Shown one piece after another: positions 18,023 to 28,633 of a stretch of 64,000 nucleotides of DNA. Position 1 is the first letter of the stretch; the number at the start of each line of letters is the position of its first letter. Where the stretch lies: the IMG/VR virus record IMGVR_UViG_3300046002_008717, positions 32,001 through 96,000 of that record; one strand, given 5' to 3'. Both the position numbers and the translations under genes were made by a program. The notes beneath the pieces are model-generated. The model ran no database searches. It was not told the DNA's origin and saw only the letters and a list, made by a program, of their open reading frames with translations. The stretch comes from a virus.

Positions 18023-20004
18023 ATATTCTCTTTTAACATCCCATTATTATAATGATGAGATACTGTTTCATTATTTAGTTTATAATTTTCTTTTTTGTAT
18101 ACATTTTCTCCATCATAGAATAATACATTGATATCAATTGGTATATTTCTATATTCAATTTTTTTAACATATTCCCTAGTTTCTGATATTTTTATTCTTT
18201 CGTTAAATATTTTAATCTCATTCTCTAATATGGTAATTTCTAATTCCTTTTCATCTAAATTGTAAGTAAAAAAATAAAAAGCCCATATATTAGTCGAATC
18301 ATTTACCGGTATAAGCGAAAAATATTCAGAATTGGACGAAACTCCTAATCCAGAATTTGGAAGAATAGTTCTTTCGTCGTTATTGACGATCCAAAGTAAT
18401 TCTTCATCCTTTAAAATCCTCATGAAATAATCTTCTAAAAAATTCTGACATCCCAATTCAATACATAGGTTATTAAATATATCGCCATCTCTAATATCAC
18501 TAAATATTTCTAGAAAATAGTTGGTCCTAAATACCATCGATGTCGTTTCTATGCCTTCACCTAAATCCGTATTCATTTTGGATAAACAACATTTCCAATT
18601 ATTATCTAATTTATCAAAATACCCATTAATTAATTCAATATCAAGATCATTTAAAATCACATCATAGGTTACTGTCATAACTTTAGATATTCCTAATTGT
18701 TTAGCTAGCAGCATACCATTATAAAGATTTATAAAAGCAGCTAATGATTGATTCGGTTTCTTTGAGTTGTTTATATTAATTTCTGCTCTATACTTTTCAG
18801 TATTGCTATAGAATTTATTATAATATGAATTTGGAATCATCATATTATTTTTATCGTATATGTAATAATCTACCTCTTTTTGTATTTCCAACGAAACCGG
18901 GTAATGAGAAACCAATATAATTTTTCTATTTAGTTTTTTAAAACTATTGATGCAATCGAGAGTTAAATTTTTTCTTTTTATCGTATCAGGATACGTAGTT
19001 ATTATAATCCCCTCTGATTCTTCTATATTTTCGTATGAATCATTTATTTTTTCTGGTTTTATGATTCTTAATAAAATTTCAATATCTTTTTCAATATCAC
19101 CAGTTATGAAACTAATATTTTCATAATTATCATATTTACTACAATACACATCCAAATTATACATTAACATAGGTATTTTATACTCAAGAGCTTCCTTTAA
19201 TGCAATTGGATTCAATTCCTTATTATTTCGATCCCCTTTAGATGCAAAGAAAAATAAATCGCTTGCCTCTATGAACGAAGGTACATCCTTTCTTTCACCC
19301 CATAATATACAATTATCTGGTTTATCATCTAATAATGGCTTCCAGTAACTTTTGAAATTATCTGCTTGGTTTCCTAAAAAATGAAATTTTATTTTATATT
19401 CTTCCAATCTTCTTGCAATTTCAAACACATAGGATTGATTTTTTCTTTCCGTAAATAAACCTACATTCAATACGTGTTTATATGTGGGATCAAATTCTAA
19501 AATTCTTTGATTTTTTTGTTTATCCGGATTTTTATAATCTACTGGATATTCTACTATTTCATAAGGGATATCATATATCGAATATCTGAATCCATTAAAT
19601 GCACTTACGAATATAAATTTATCGGGAAAAAATCTTTTTGATGTTACAGGAAAACTCGAATCGTGAGTAGTTTCTAATATAGTATAGGATCTATCACTTT
19701 TATAAATTAATTTTGTTATATTATCATCCATGAAAAATTCTGGAAATTCCTCCATACTAATCACATCAGGCTTAAATTCATCAATTATATCTAGTAAGCG
19801 ATTCTTATTATCACCAAGTGAATGAAAATTGGATCCCAGTAATTTTTCTACTTGATTACGTTGTATAACAAAAGCAAAACCAAAAAAATCATATTCTACA
19901 CATTTTATAATATAGTTATCATTTAATAACTTTATTTTATTTAGAGTTACTTGAGGGGCACCTCCTGTACTAAGATGAGGAGTTATTACTAATATTTTTT
20001 TCAT
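18019..20004 (-). CDS. Two-domain glycosyltransferase (N-terminal GT4 plus C-terminal GT-A-like paralogue)
   Basis: PHLSTGGAP, VGLFTERKNQ, ELNPIALKEA; C-terminal ILVSHYPVS..IQ..VDYYIYDKNN. Confidence 0.8.
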   Translation of the reverse strand: MKKILVITPHLSTGGAPQVTLNKIKLLNDNYIIKCVEYDFFGFAFVIQRNQVEKLLGSNFHSLGDNKNRLLDIIDEFKPDVISMEEFPEFFMDDNITKLIYKSDRSYTILETTHDSSFPVTSKRFFPDKFIFVSAFNGFRYSIYDIPYEIVEYPVDYKNPDKQKNQRILEFDPTYKHVLNVGLFTERKNQSYVFEIARRLEEYKIKFHFLGNQADNFKSYWKPLLDDKPDNCILWGERKDVPSFIEASDLFFFASKGDRNNKELNPIALKEALEYKIPMLMYNLDVYCSKYDNYENISFITGDIEKDIEILLRIIKPEKINDSYENIEESEGIIITTYPDTIKRKNLTLDCINSFKKLNRKIILVSHYPVSLEIQKEVDYYIYDKNNMMIPNSYYNKFYSNTEKYRAEININNSKKPNQSLAAFINLYNGMLLAKQLGISKVMTVTYDVILNDLDIELINGYFDKLDNNWKCCLSKMNTDLGEGIETTSMVFRTNYFLEIFSDIRDGDIFNNLCIELGCQNFLEDYFMRILKDEELLWIVNNDERTILPNSGLGVSSNSEYFSLIPVNDSTNIWAFYFFTYNLDEKELEITILENEIKIFNERIKISETREYVKKIEYRNIPIDINVLFYDGENVYKKENYKLNNETVSHHYNNGMLKENI

Positions 20005-20024
20005 GTATCTATTATAATAAAGTT

Positions 20025-20052
20025 ATTATACATTTTAATGGCATATTGTTTC
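20025..20052 (-). promoter_or_regulatory. Putative ECF-type promoter of the glycosylation operon, GAAAC-N16-GTATAAT
   Basis: Reverse complement of ATTATAC(20025-31)...GTTTC(20048-52), 21 nt from the ATG at 20004. Confidence 0.65.
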
Positions 20053-20087
20053 TTATATTGGCAGGTAAAACTAGTTATATTATATTT

Positions 20088-20095
20088 GATATATA
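20088..20095 (+). promoter_or_regulatory. Putative late promoter GATATATA (overlaps a TATATTTG element)
   Basis: Recurs upstream of 10 mostly structural genes. Confidence 0.65.
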
Positions 20096-20113
20096 AAAGA
20101 AAGTAGTAATTAA

Positions 20114-22627
20114 ATGGCTTTCTATCCTGAAAATAAAATACCAAAAACTGGAGCTCCTGTTTATAACGGTAACGGCGAACAATATATTATTTCTGATCCT
20201 AGATATTCCTATCATGACGGATTACAAAATACTGACAAAATAAAGAAATCATCTAGCGATAATATATATGATACCACTGGTGGAGCTAATGCTAGAGCTA
20301 AACAAATAGGATGTTCAGGTTACCACGAAACCCTGATAGACGGTATTAAGTACTATATGCCTTGCGAAAATGTAGATTCTTATGATTTACGTATAGAGCA
20401 ACTAGATAGTGCCTTAAACTTCACTTATATAGGTAACTATAGGGTATTATCATGGGATAAACCTTTTGAAAACGTATCATTGTATAAGGGATGGATTATT
20501 GATGCATCACATAGCAATAGTGCTGAACCTGTATTGGACGCAGATGATATTTCAATAGAATTTAGATATAGCATAGATGGAAAAACCTGGTCGTTATGGG
20601 TTAATGTAGGAACTGCGCTAATGGGTCTTACTAATGAATTTTCATTAATAGATGAAATAGTACTAGATCCAAGTAATAAATTTTATCCTGAATTTAGATT
20701 CACATCAGTTATAAAGGATGCTAATGGATCAAATATTTATGATCAAGGTGATGTAATAGATCCTTCCATAGTTATAGTTGCTTTTAATTTAGATTTAACC
20801 TATGCTGCTGCTCAAGAAATTCCTATCAATAGACCATCTATCATATGCTCAAATGAGGTTTCAAACAGACCTGTAATTTTCTCCGATTGTAATTTTACAT
20901 TTAATCCATATGCTGTAAACAAAGCACTAAACCTATATCAGGATTTAAGTTCTATGGTTAATAAAATATTTGGACTAGATGCAAATTATTATTCTATTCA
21001 GCCACAAGGTAGAGGGAAAGATGTAATATTAAAGGAATATACACTTTTTGATGTTGTCGAGGAAAAATGCGTCAAGGTAATGCTAAACCAAAACCAATTC
21101 CCTGATAATAAAATAAACTTTGATCCATTCGGAACAAATTATCAGGAGCCATTTGAAATACAGATGGATAAATTATATTTTGAATCTATTTTTGGAAAGG
21201 GATCACAACCAAGAAAGAGAGATATCATATATTTCCCAATGACTAATAGAATATATGAAATAAATGCTACGTATTTATTCAGAGATTTTATGAATGCACC
21301 AGTATATTTTAAAATGGAAATCAAAAAATATACGCCAAAAAGTAATACATATTTTAAAGATCCTACACTTAAGGAGGAGCTCGATGGAATAATGATCACC
21401 ACCAGAGACCTTTTTGGAGCTGATGTTACGGATGAAGAATTGAAGATAACAAACCCTCAGCAATATGCTACTACTATAAATCAAATGTCTCAAGATCCAA
21501 TTAGATCCTATGTATATAAAAATCTTGCTAATATAGGATATGATTTAAATAATAATTGGACTATAGTTTTTAATAATTATTATGACATGTCAACATCATT
21601 TAATGATGATATCGATTTTATAGCAGAACCACATAAATATAGAACTGCAATAGGATATAAGGTATTGCCGAAATTAGCAGCATCTGAGGAATTAGCATAT
21701 ACTGCTTGGTTTAGTATTAAGGATCTCTATGACAATAACCAGATGTTGAAGCGTCCATTCCCAATTATAAATATGGTACTAGAATCATATGACAGTGATT
21801 TTCTATATTTCGATACAACACCCAAAAAACACAGACTGGAAAAATGGCTGAATTACGATAGTAATCCTGAGGGATATGTATCAATAAGTGGGGATCTAAC
21901 ACATACGGGAGGATATCACGTAATCGATATTATAGATGATTATAAATTTAAAGTCGAAAATCTTAATATCGATTTTGATAATGACCTACCAATACCATGG
22001 AAAATGCAAAAAGCACAGTCCAGAAACTTAATAAGCGGTATCATGGGAGGTACAGGCGGTACAGGAGGAACAGAAGCTAATATTGGTACCGGATTTAGAA
22101 TTGACATAGTACACTCCGGTATAATAGATGAAAACAATAATCCATTTTTGGGTGAGGGTAGTCTTATTATAAAATTGAATGATAAAATAATAAATTCACC
22201 ATTACAATTTAAGCCTGTATTGGGTGATTGGTATGGTTTGGTTGTAAATTTTTCCAATGTATATAAACAAATAGCCATGAATATATGGGGTATGTCATAT
22301 GATCCAACATCAACTGGCGAACAATCAAGTAAATTAATAAAAATACATGATGATGCCAGATTAATAAAAGATCCAATTATATTTAATCACACTTCTAGTA
22401 TAAATAGAGATAATGATAGTCCATTCTATGGTGACGATACAAATGGATATAAAATATATACTAGTCCAATTTATTTAACTAATATAAGATTATTTAAGAA
22501 TATGATAGATATAGATAACCAATCAGCTGTATTAAATCAGAATATAGTTAGAGATTCGCATCTTTCTCATATAATAGATAATGCTAAACCTCTTCTCTCT
22601 ATTCCTAAATTTGCAAGAAATAAATAA
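20114..22627 (+). CDS. Neck/head-closure protein (T4 gp14-like core) with extra N- and C-terminal domains
   Basis: FG....FEI.....F......PRKRDIIYFPMTNRIYEI matches the gp14 pattern; N-terminal ARAKQIGCSGYH...YMPC small Cys/His motif. Confidence 0.6.
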   Translation: MAFYPENKIPKTGAPVYNGNGEQYIISDPRYSYHDGLQNTDKIKKSSSDNIYDTTGGANARAKQIGCSGYHETLIDGIKYYMPCENVDSYDLRIEQLDSALNFTYIGNYRVLSWDKPFENVSLYKGWIIDASHSNSAEPVLDADDISIEFRYSIDGKTWSLWVNVGTALMGLTNEFSLIDEIVLDPSNKFYPEFRFTSVIKDANGSNIYDQGDVIDPSIVIVAFNLDLTYAAAQEIPINRPSIICSNEVSNRPVIFSDCNFTFNPYAVNKALNLYQDLSSMVNKIFGLDANYYSIQPQGRGKDVILKEYTLFDVVEEKCVKVMLNQNQFPDNKINFDPFGTNYQEPFEIQMDKLYFESIFGKGSQPRKRDIIYFPMTNRIYEINATYLFRDFMNAPVYFKMEIKKYTPKSNTYFKDPTLKEELDGIMITTRDLFGADVTDEELKITNPQQYATTINQMSQDPIRSYVYKNLANIGYDLNNNWTIVFNNYYDMSTSFNDDIDFIAEPHKYRTAIGYKVLPKLAASEELAYTAWFSIKDLYDNNQMLKRPFPIINMVLESYDSDFLYFDTTPKKHRLEKWLNYDSNPEGYVSISGDLTHTGGYHVIDIIDDYKFKVENLNIDFDNDLPIPWKMQKAQSRNLISGIMGGTGGTGGTEANIGTGFRIDIVHSGIIDENNNPFLGEGSLIIKLNDKIINSPLQFKPVLGDWYGLVVNFSNVYKQIAMNIWGMSYDPTSTGEQSSKLIKIHDDARLIKDPIIFNHTSSINRDNDSPFYGDDTNGYKIYTSPIYLTNIRLFKNMIDIDNQSAVLNQNIVRDSHLSHIIDNAKPLLSIPKFARNK

Positions 22628-22629
22628 AT

Positions 22630-23406
22630 ATGCCAAGAAGAAAGCCAAAACCAGAAAAAGTAATACAAGAAAGGATAAAAGAGAATCTGGATTCTATTCT
22701 AATAGACGAATCGAGGGATAGTATGATAGATATGAATTTCCAAGATTTGCCTAGGGTAAAAATATCAGACATGATGAATATTACCGATGAGCAAGCTACT
22801 GCTGCATCAGTTGCTAAGCAATTATTGGATTCTATTGCTAATTTTTATACCGATCTTGCTGATGATGAAAGCTCACATGTAGCATGGAAGAAAAAAGTCG
22901 ATGCAGTAAATATATCTGCCATGATGTTTCAATTGAAATCTGCACAACATGCGATTACAAAAATATTAGAAGAAATAGACTATGGTAATACAGATGTAAA
23001 ATTATTTGCAGTTCTTGCACAATTACAAGCTCAGATAATGCAGATGCCAAAAGATTATCAATCATATATGGAAAAAATGGAGATTAATTATAAGAAATCC
23101 AGAACAGAAATTGACGATAAGAAAGCAGCAAATGCAAGCATAATTACAGATGGAACACAGGAATACACATCTTCGCATATTACAAGCGATGGTGGAATTA
23201 GATCTAGAGGAACCAGAGGTATAATGGAAGGTCTTAGAGAAATAATGGGAACAGAGGTTATCGATATCAGAGCTGAAGTAGTTGATGCTAATGCATTAGT
23301 AAATGCTAAACAAAAAAAAGTGATGGATTTATCTAATCCATCTAATAAGAACGCGGATTTTGATGAGAATTCCAGTGATTATATAGTAGATTCTGATCTA
23401 TTTTAA
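22630..23406 (+). CDS. Helical protein, candidate terminase small subunit
   Basis: Position immediately upstream of the large subunit and coiled-coil character; no diagnostic motif. Confidence 0.35.
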   Translation: MPRRKPKPEKVIQERIKENLDSILIDESRDSMIDMNFQDLPRVKISDMMNITDEQATAASVAKQLLDSIANFYTDLADDESSHVAWKKKVDAVNISAMMFQLKSAQHAITKILEEIDYGNTDVKLFAVLAQLQAQIMQMPKDYQSYMEKMEINYKKSRTEIDDKKAANASIITDGTQEYTSSHITSDGGIRSRGTRGIMEGLREIMGTEVIDIRAEVVDANALVNAKQKKVMDLSNPSNKNADFDENSSDYIVDSDLF

Positions 23407-23415
23407 GATATAAAT

Positions 23416-25236
23416 ATGGCTAACGTTGCACTAAATAATACAATAGAAACAACATCCTGGACAACAGCAAAAATAAACGAACTGCTAAGGAAGGTTGATG
23501 AAGACGGTATAGATTTTAAGGATATTGATAATCCATTTCATGATAACGATCCTGAATTAAAAAGAGCCAAGGTTCTATGGGAATATACAAATGAGGAAAT
23601 AATCGAAATAGAGAAATGTGCTAAGGATGTTACATACTTTGCAAAATATTGTAAGGTAATGATGGATGAGGGTTTAGATTATATACACCTTAGAGATTAT
23701 CAAGAATCAGTACTTAGAGAATATCAATCCAATAGATTTAATATATTTTTAGCACCCAGACAGGTTGGTAAATCAATAACATCATCAATAATTTTAGTTT
23801 GGTATCTTTTATTTAATCACGATAAAAATGCAATGATTCTAGCGAATGTTGGGGATACTGCAGAAGAATTAATGGATAAGATAAAATCCATCATAAAAGG
23901 ACTTCCTTTCTTTTTAAAACCTGGAATGTTGGTTAATAATGTAATGTCCATGAGATTTGATAATGGATGTAGGGTAATTGCCAAAACTACAACAAAAACA
24001 TCAGGTATTGGATTTACTATACACTTTCTTTATATGGATGAGTTTGCTCACATTAACGAGAATTTTATAGAAGCTTTCTTTAGATCCACATATCCAACTG
24101 TATCATCATCCAAGGTATCCCGTATCATCATAACATCAACTCCCAATGGGATGAATAAATTTTATGATATTTATAAAGCTGCTTTAGATGGGGAAAACTC
24201 ATTTAATCCTATTAGAGTAGATTGGTGGCAGGTTCCTGGCAGGGACGAAGCATGGAAACAGGTAGAAATTGGGAATCTTGGTAGTGAAGAATTATTCAAT
24301 CAGGAATATGGTAATCAATTTCTTAGTTCCTCGAATCTTTTATTAGGTTCGGAAGAACTTAAAAAAATAAAAGCGAATGAAACCGAATATACATGGCGAG
24401 AGATAAGCGATTTACATTATGCTGATGTTAATTATGAAAAATTAATATGGCATCCCAAATTTGATATTGACACGTGCAATTCTCCTGGAAATAAGTTTGT
24501 ATTAACCATAGATCTAAGTGAGGGTGCTAAAGGTGATTATACTGTTATAAATATATTCAAAGTTACTCCACTACCAAAATACATAATAGATAAAATAATA
24601 GAATTTGAAGATGAATCGGATTTTTTCGGTTTACTACAGGTTGGTATATTTAGGGATAATACAATTAAACTCGAAGACATAGCAAAAATCATTTATATAT
24701 TAGCAGAAAGTGTAATTAGCGTGGATAGAGTAAAGATAGCTATAGAAATGAATTATAAGGGTGAATTATTATACGATAGACTTAATAATAGGGAAGAATT
24801 TTTTGATGAAATGTTTTTGTATACAAAACATACAGAAGCAGCAAGAATAATGAAGATCGGAATAAAATACAACGAAAAAAACAAATTGAAGTATTGCGAG
24901 TTACTAAGAAGTCTAATAAAAGAAAATCGGTTATTCATAAACGAAAAAAAATGGACAATACCCGAGTTATTTACATTTGGGATGAATAAGTCAGGTACAT
25001 ATTCAAGTCAAAGTGGACACGATGATGTTGCCATGACGCTAGTAAATCTACCGGCATTAATGGACGGAAGCGATTTCAACCAAATGGTCAGTGACATTTT
25101 TGACGAAATGGAGGATAGTGTATATAAGGATATGATTATTGCAAAATTGGAAGGGGAATTACCATCAGATGAAGACATGAGAGATTTTTCTACCAAACAA
25201 GGACAGAGCTATAAGGATTTCAGTAAACTATTATAA
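23416..25236 (+). CDS. gp17: Terminase large subunit (T4 gp17-like)
   Basis: LRDYQ, APRQVGKS (Walker A), LYMDEFAH (Walker B), ITSTPNG, FNQEY, IDLSEG, GHDD. Confidence 0.95.
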   Translation: MANVALNNTIETTSWTTAKINELLRKVDEDGIDFKDIDNPFHDNDPELKRAKVLWEYTNEEIIEIEKCAKDVTYFAKYCKVMMDEGLDYIHLRDYQESVLREYQSNRFNIFLAPRQVGKSITSSIILVWYLLFNHDKNAMILANVGDTAEELMDKIKSIIKGLPFFLKPGMLVNNVMSMRFDNGCRVIAKTTTKTSGIGFTIHFLYMDEFAHINENFIEAFFRSTYPTVSSSKVSRIIITSTPNGMNKFYDIYKAALDGENSFNPIRVDWWQVPGRDEAWKQVEIGNLGSEELFNQEYGNQFLSSSNLLLGSEELKKIKANETEYTWREISDLHYADVNYEKLIWHPKFDIDTCNSPGNKFVLTIDLSEGAKGDYTVINIFKVTPLPKYIIDKIIEFEDESDFFGLLQVGIFRDNTIKLEDIAKIIYILAESVISVDRVKIAIEMNYKGELLYDRLNNREEFFDEMFLYTKHTEAARIMKIGIKYNEKNKLKYCELLRSLIKENRLFINEKKWTIPELFTFGMNKSGTYSSQSGHDDVAMTLVNLPALMDGSDFNQMVSDIFDEMEDSVYKDMIIAKLEGELPSDEDMRDFSTKQGQSYKDFSKLL

Positions 25237-25277
25237 CCATATAAATACGATAGCTACGATATTTCTATTACTTTTTT

Positions 25278-25285
25278 GATATATA
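25278..25285 (+). promoter_or_regulatory. Putative late promoter GATATATA (sheath/tube operon)
   Basis: Recurrent motif, 29 nt before the ATG. Confidence 0.65.
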
Positions 25286-25314
25286 GTACAGAAGTAAAAA
25301 TATATTGAAAAATA

Positions 25315-28300
25315 ATGGCAAATAAGGTAAAAATAGACTATTCACAATTTAGAGCATCTGGTGTATATACGCTTGAATTCGACGCGTCTCAAAACGTCAT
25401 ACTTACATCCCAAACTATTAGATTAGTAGTGGGATTCTCTAATAAGGGTCCTTTTAATACTCCAGTTTATATCCCGGACGTAACAACACTAATATCTATT
25501 TTTGGAGATGTGGATAGATCTCTTGAAAATAATGGATCATTCTTCCAAAGATCGATACTAACCTGTTTAAACGCGGGACCGGTTTTTGCTTTGAATCTTT
25601 TAAAAGTAAACGATGATATAACATCAGCAGATCCTGATACGGTAACGTATAAATCATACTCGCTTGATACTGAAGAAATTAATGGTGTACCAACAAGCAA
25701 ATTATATTCATCGTATTATAATAAAGAAAGATTTTGGTTCCCAGATACTAATTACTTTTTAGCAACACTAGGAACAGTAGATCAAGGTAAGTTATTAAAT
25801 TTAACAAATCTTGGTAAATCTCCTATGAGTATAATAATTAGAAAATCTTCTGATTCATCTAAACCAATTAAAGGGTATGATATTTTTGCAGTAGATTGGT
25901 ACGGATCTGATAAAGTTCCTACTTTTATGAATCCTTATGATTATATGTCTGATTACTTTATAGATGTAATAGGAGTTTATGGAGACTGGACAAACTATCA
26001 GGCATTAGCATTAGATCCTAAATGGAGCAACTATTTTACCAATAACGGATTTAAAAAATCCATGATGGATTCATTTCTTGCTAGCCCTGACGTTTCTATA
26101 GTAACATCAGTTACCGGATGTATAATCCCTGATTTTGTAGACCTTAATGGAATAAATCAATATATACAAACCTTAATAAATAACAATACGCCTTCTAGTG
26201 GATTATTTTGTGCAATTGACGAAAGAGCATTTGATGATATATGTGAGAGCACATCGAGAATAGATTTAGTTGGTCACCATTTAATAGACGGAAGAGATGT
26301 TAATAACGAATTTGCTATAACAAGAGTAAATTTCTTAAGTTACGATCAGGCTTTATCTGCAGATTATTTATATGCACAAAATTCTATTGGTATTACAGGG
26401 GCTACTGGATTTACCGGACCTGTTGGAGGTACTGCTTATACTGCAGGAATAAATACAGGAACACTATTTACATTAACAGGAGCAACAAGTGGTGTTATAT
26501 CCGGATCATTTTTACCATACAGCAGTTCTGCATATGATATGGGATTACATTATCTAGAAACATCTGGTGTAACTGGATCAGCAGGAGGATTTGAAACAGC
26601 AGCACAAAAAACACAATTGAAAACATTCCTATCCGTATCTTCATCTAGCGATCAGAAATTTATATTGGGTGTTGTTACTGGAGTATCAGGAACAACTGCT
26701 ACGGGTTTTGCTGAAGCAGATTTAATTAAATTGAAAGTTACAGGAACAAAAGAAATTGGTGGAGAACTTAGAATATATTTTACACATCCACTAGATACAA
26801 GTTTTTACAGAGGACAAGGAATAGTAGTAAAGCCTACTGATAATTTAGCTTCACTAAGCTCTAGTTTATATGCAGCTTCATACCAATTTGGTAATTCTGA
26901 TTACATAGACATAGCAAGTATTGCTACTCCTAGTGGTATAACTGGACCAGGTGCACCATTTGGTGTTGCTAATACGTTAATTGGATACAATGCTTCGAAA
27001 TTATATCAAGATAATAAATACGCAGAAGTTGTAAATAGTGATGTAATATGGTTGGATACCGTCGGTACACAACAGCAACATCTAGGTTTCGAATCTACTG
27101 TAGATAGAGATTTATTTAGCTTAGTATATGCTAGATCATTCAGTAACGAATCGCTTGATAATACAACAATAACAGATATAGCTGCTTTCGGAACAGATTA
27201 TACTACATATGGTACACAAGCGGGAGCGGGTACAACCAATATAGTTTCACAGGTTGGATCTATAAATTCATTAGTACCTTGTACATCAGTTGATGAATAT
27301 ACAATATTAATAACTAATGACTCTAATGGAAATGCTCCTCTATCGGTTGGAGATCTATTAGTTTCTAAGGAAGTTGATATATGTACATCCACTACAGGTG
27401 CAACACAAAAAAGATTAACAAAAGTAAAATCGGTAGCTAAAACTACAACATCAGGAACATATAAGGTTATTGCAGCAAGACCTATAGAAATAACTAGTAA
27501 TAGTGAAGTTAGAAAATTTCAATCTATAGCTCAATTTACTAAATCCTTTAATTTTACATATCTTAACGGATTTAAAACTAAAGCAGCGCATAGACCGAAT
27601 GGAACAGATGCAAGAGTAACTGAACTTCTTGAAGTTTTATATACTACCAATATAGCTAAAACCTTGGCATCTAAGGATATTATATCATTCAGATACATCG
27701 TTGATACATTCAGTGGTCAAATTTTACCTAGTTCTAAAAATGAATTAAGTAGACTTGCTAAACTGAGACAACAATCATTGGCTATAATAAATGCACCATC
27801 TATAGCACAATTTAGAAATAGCACAGATCCTAGATTTACAGATGAGCCTACGAGCACAAACCCGTATCCAAAATTAAATACCTCTTATATCGTATCGGGT
27901 GGTAATTTGGCATTGAATCCAACATATACATTCAGTTTACCTACTGATGATGAAGGTGCTAGATTTAGTGCATTTTATTCTCCTTATATAGTAGTAAGAG
28001 ACGGAAATAGAAACGTAAACATTCCGCCTGCAGCACACGTTTCTAATAATTTTATTAGAAAATTTGCTAACGGTGAACCGTATGCTATTATAGCTGGTCA
28101 AAAAAGAGGAATATTAAGTGGTGGCAATGTAGTTGGAGTTGAATACGAATATGATGATGATGATAGAGGAAACTTGGAAGTATTTGGTATAAATCCTATA
28201 GTAAAAAGAAAAGGTGTTGGTGTTATCATATTTGGTAACCAAACAGCATATCAAGAGGTAAATTCAGCATTTAATCTAGTTCACGTTAGAGATCTATTAA

Positions 28301-28608
28301 TAAGTATAGAAAGTGACGTTCAAGAAATATTGGCTAATTATCTATTTGATTTCAATGAAGATTCTATAAGATTAGAAATAAAAACTTTAGTTGATAATTA
28401 TTTAGATGGTGTTAGATCAGGTGGAGGTATATACTCATACCAAACAATAATGGATGCATCTAATAATACACCAGCTATTATAGATAAGAATATGGGTATA
28501 ATAGACGTTATAGTAGAACCAACTAGAGGTATACAAAAATTCATTAATAGAATAACAGTTACTAGAACAGGTGGTATTGCTGCTGGTGGATTTATACAAT
28601 TTGTATAA
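25315..28608 (+). CDS. gp18: Tail sheath protein with a large central insertion
   Basis: SGVYTLEFD, GFSNKGPFNTP, IPPAAHV, AGQKRG, GINPI, FGNQT, VHVRDLL, FDFNE. Confidence 0.92.
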   Translation: MANKVKIDYSQFRASGVYTLEFDASQNVILTSQTIRLVVGFSNKGPFNTPVYIPDVTTLISIFGDVDRSLENNGSFFQRSILTCLNAGPVFALNLLKVNDDITSADPDTVTYKSYSLDTEEINGVPTSKLYSSYYNKERFWFPDTNYFLATLGTVDQGKLLNLTNLGKSPMSIIIRKSSDSSKPIKGYDIFAVDWYGSDKVPTFMNPYDYMSDYFIDVIGVYGDWTNYQALALDPKWSNYFTNNGFKKSMMDSFLASPDVSIVTSVTGCIIPDFVDLNGINQYIQTLINNNTPSSGLFCAIDERAFDDICESTSRIDLVGHHLIDGRDVNNEFAITRVNFLSYDQALSADYLYAQNSIGITGATGFTGPVGGTAYTAGINTGTLFTLTGATSGVISGSFLPYSSSAYDMGLHYLETSGVTGSAGGFETAAQKTQLKTFLSVSSSSDQKFILGVVTGVSGTTATGFAEADLIKLKVTGTKEIGGELRIYFTHPLDTSFYRGQGIVVKPTDNLASLSSSLYAASYQFGNSDYIDIASIATPSGITGPGAPFGVANTLIGYNASKLYQDNKYAEVVNSDVIWLDTVGTQQQHLGFESTVDRDLFSLVYARSFSNESLDNTTITDIAAFGTDYTTYGTQAGAGTTNIVSQVGSINSLVPCTSVDEYTILITNDSNGNAPLSVGDLLVSKEVDICTSTTGATQKRLTKVKSVAKTTTSGTYKVIAARPIEITSNSEVRKFQSIAQFTKSFNFTYLNGFKTKAAHRPNGTDARVTELLEVLYTTNIAKTLASKDIISFRYIVDTFSGQILPSSKNELSRLAKLRQQSLAIINAPSIAQFRNSTDPRFTDEPTSTNPYPKLNTSYIVSGGNLALNPTYTFSLPTDDEGARFSAFYSPYIVVRDGNRNVNIPPAAHVSNNFIRKFANGEPYAIIAGQKRGILSGGNVVGVEYEYDDDDRGNLEVFGINPIVKRKGVGVIIFGNQTAYQEVNSAFNLVHVRDLLISIESDVQEILANYLFDFNEDSIRLEIKTLVDNYLDGVRSGGGIYSYQTIMDASNNTPAIIDKNMGIIDVIVEPTRGIQKFINRITVTRTGGIAAGGFIQFV

Positions 28609-28633
28609 TAAAATATAAAGATAATAATTAATT

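Noticed and set aside
23416-25236. Intein or intron in terminase, ligase or MCP
   Set aside because: Lengths are ordinary, and no intein splice motifs or interruptions are seen
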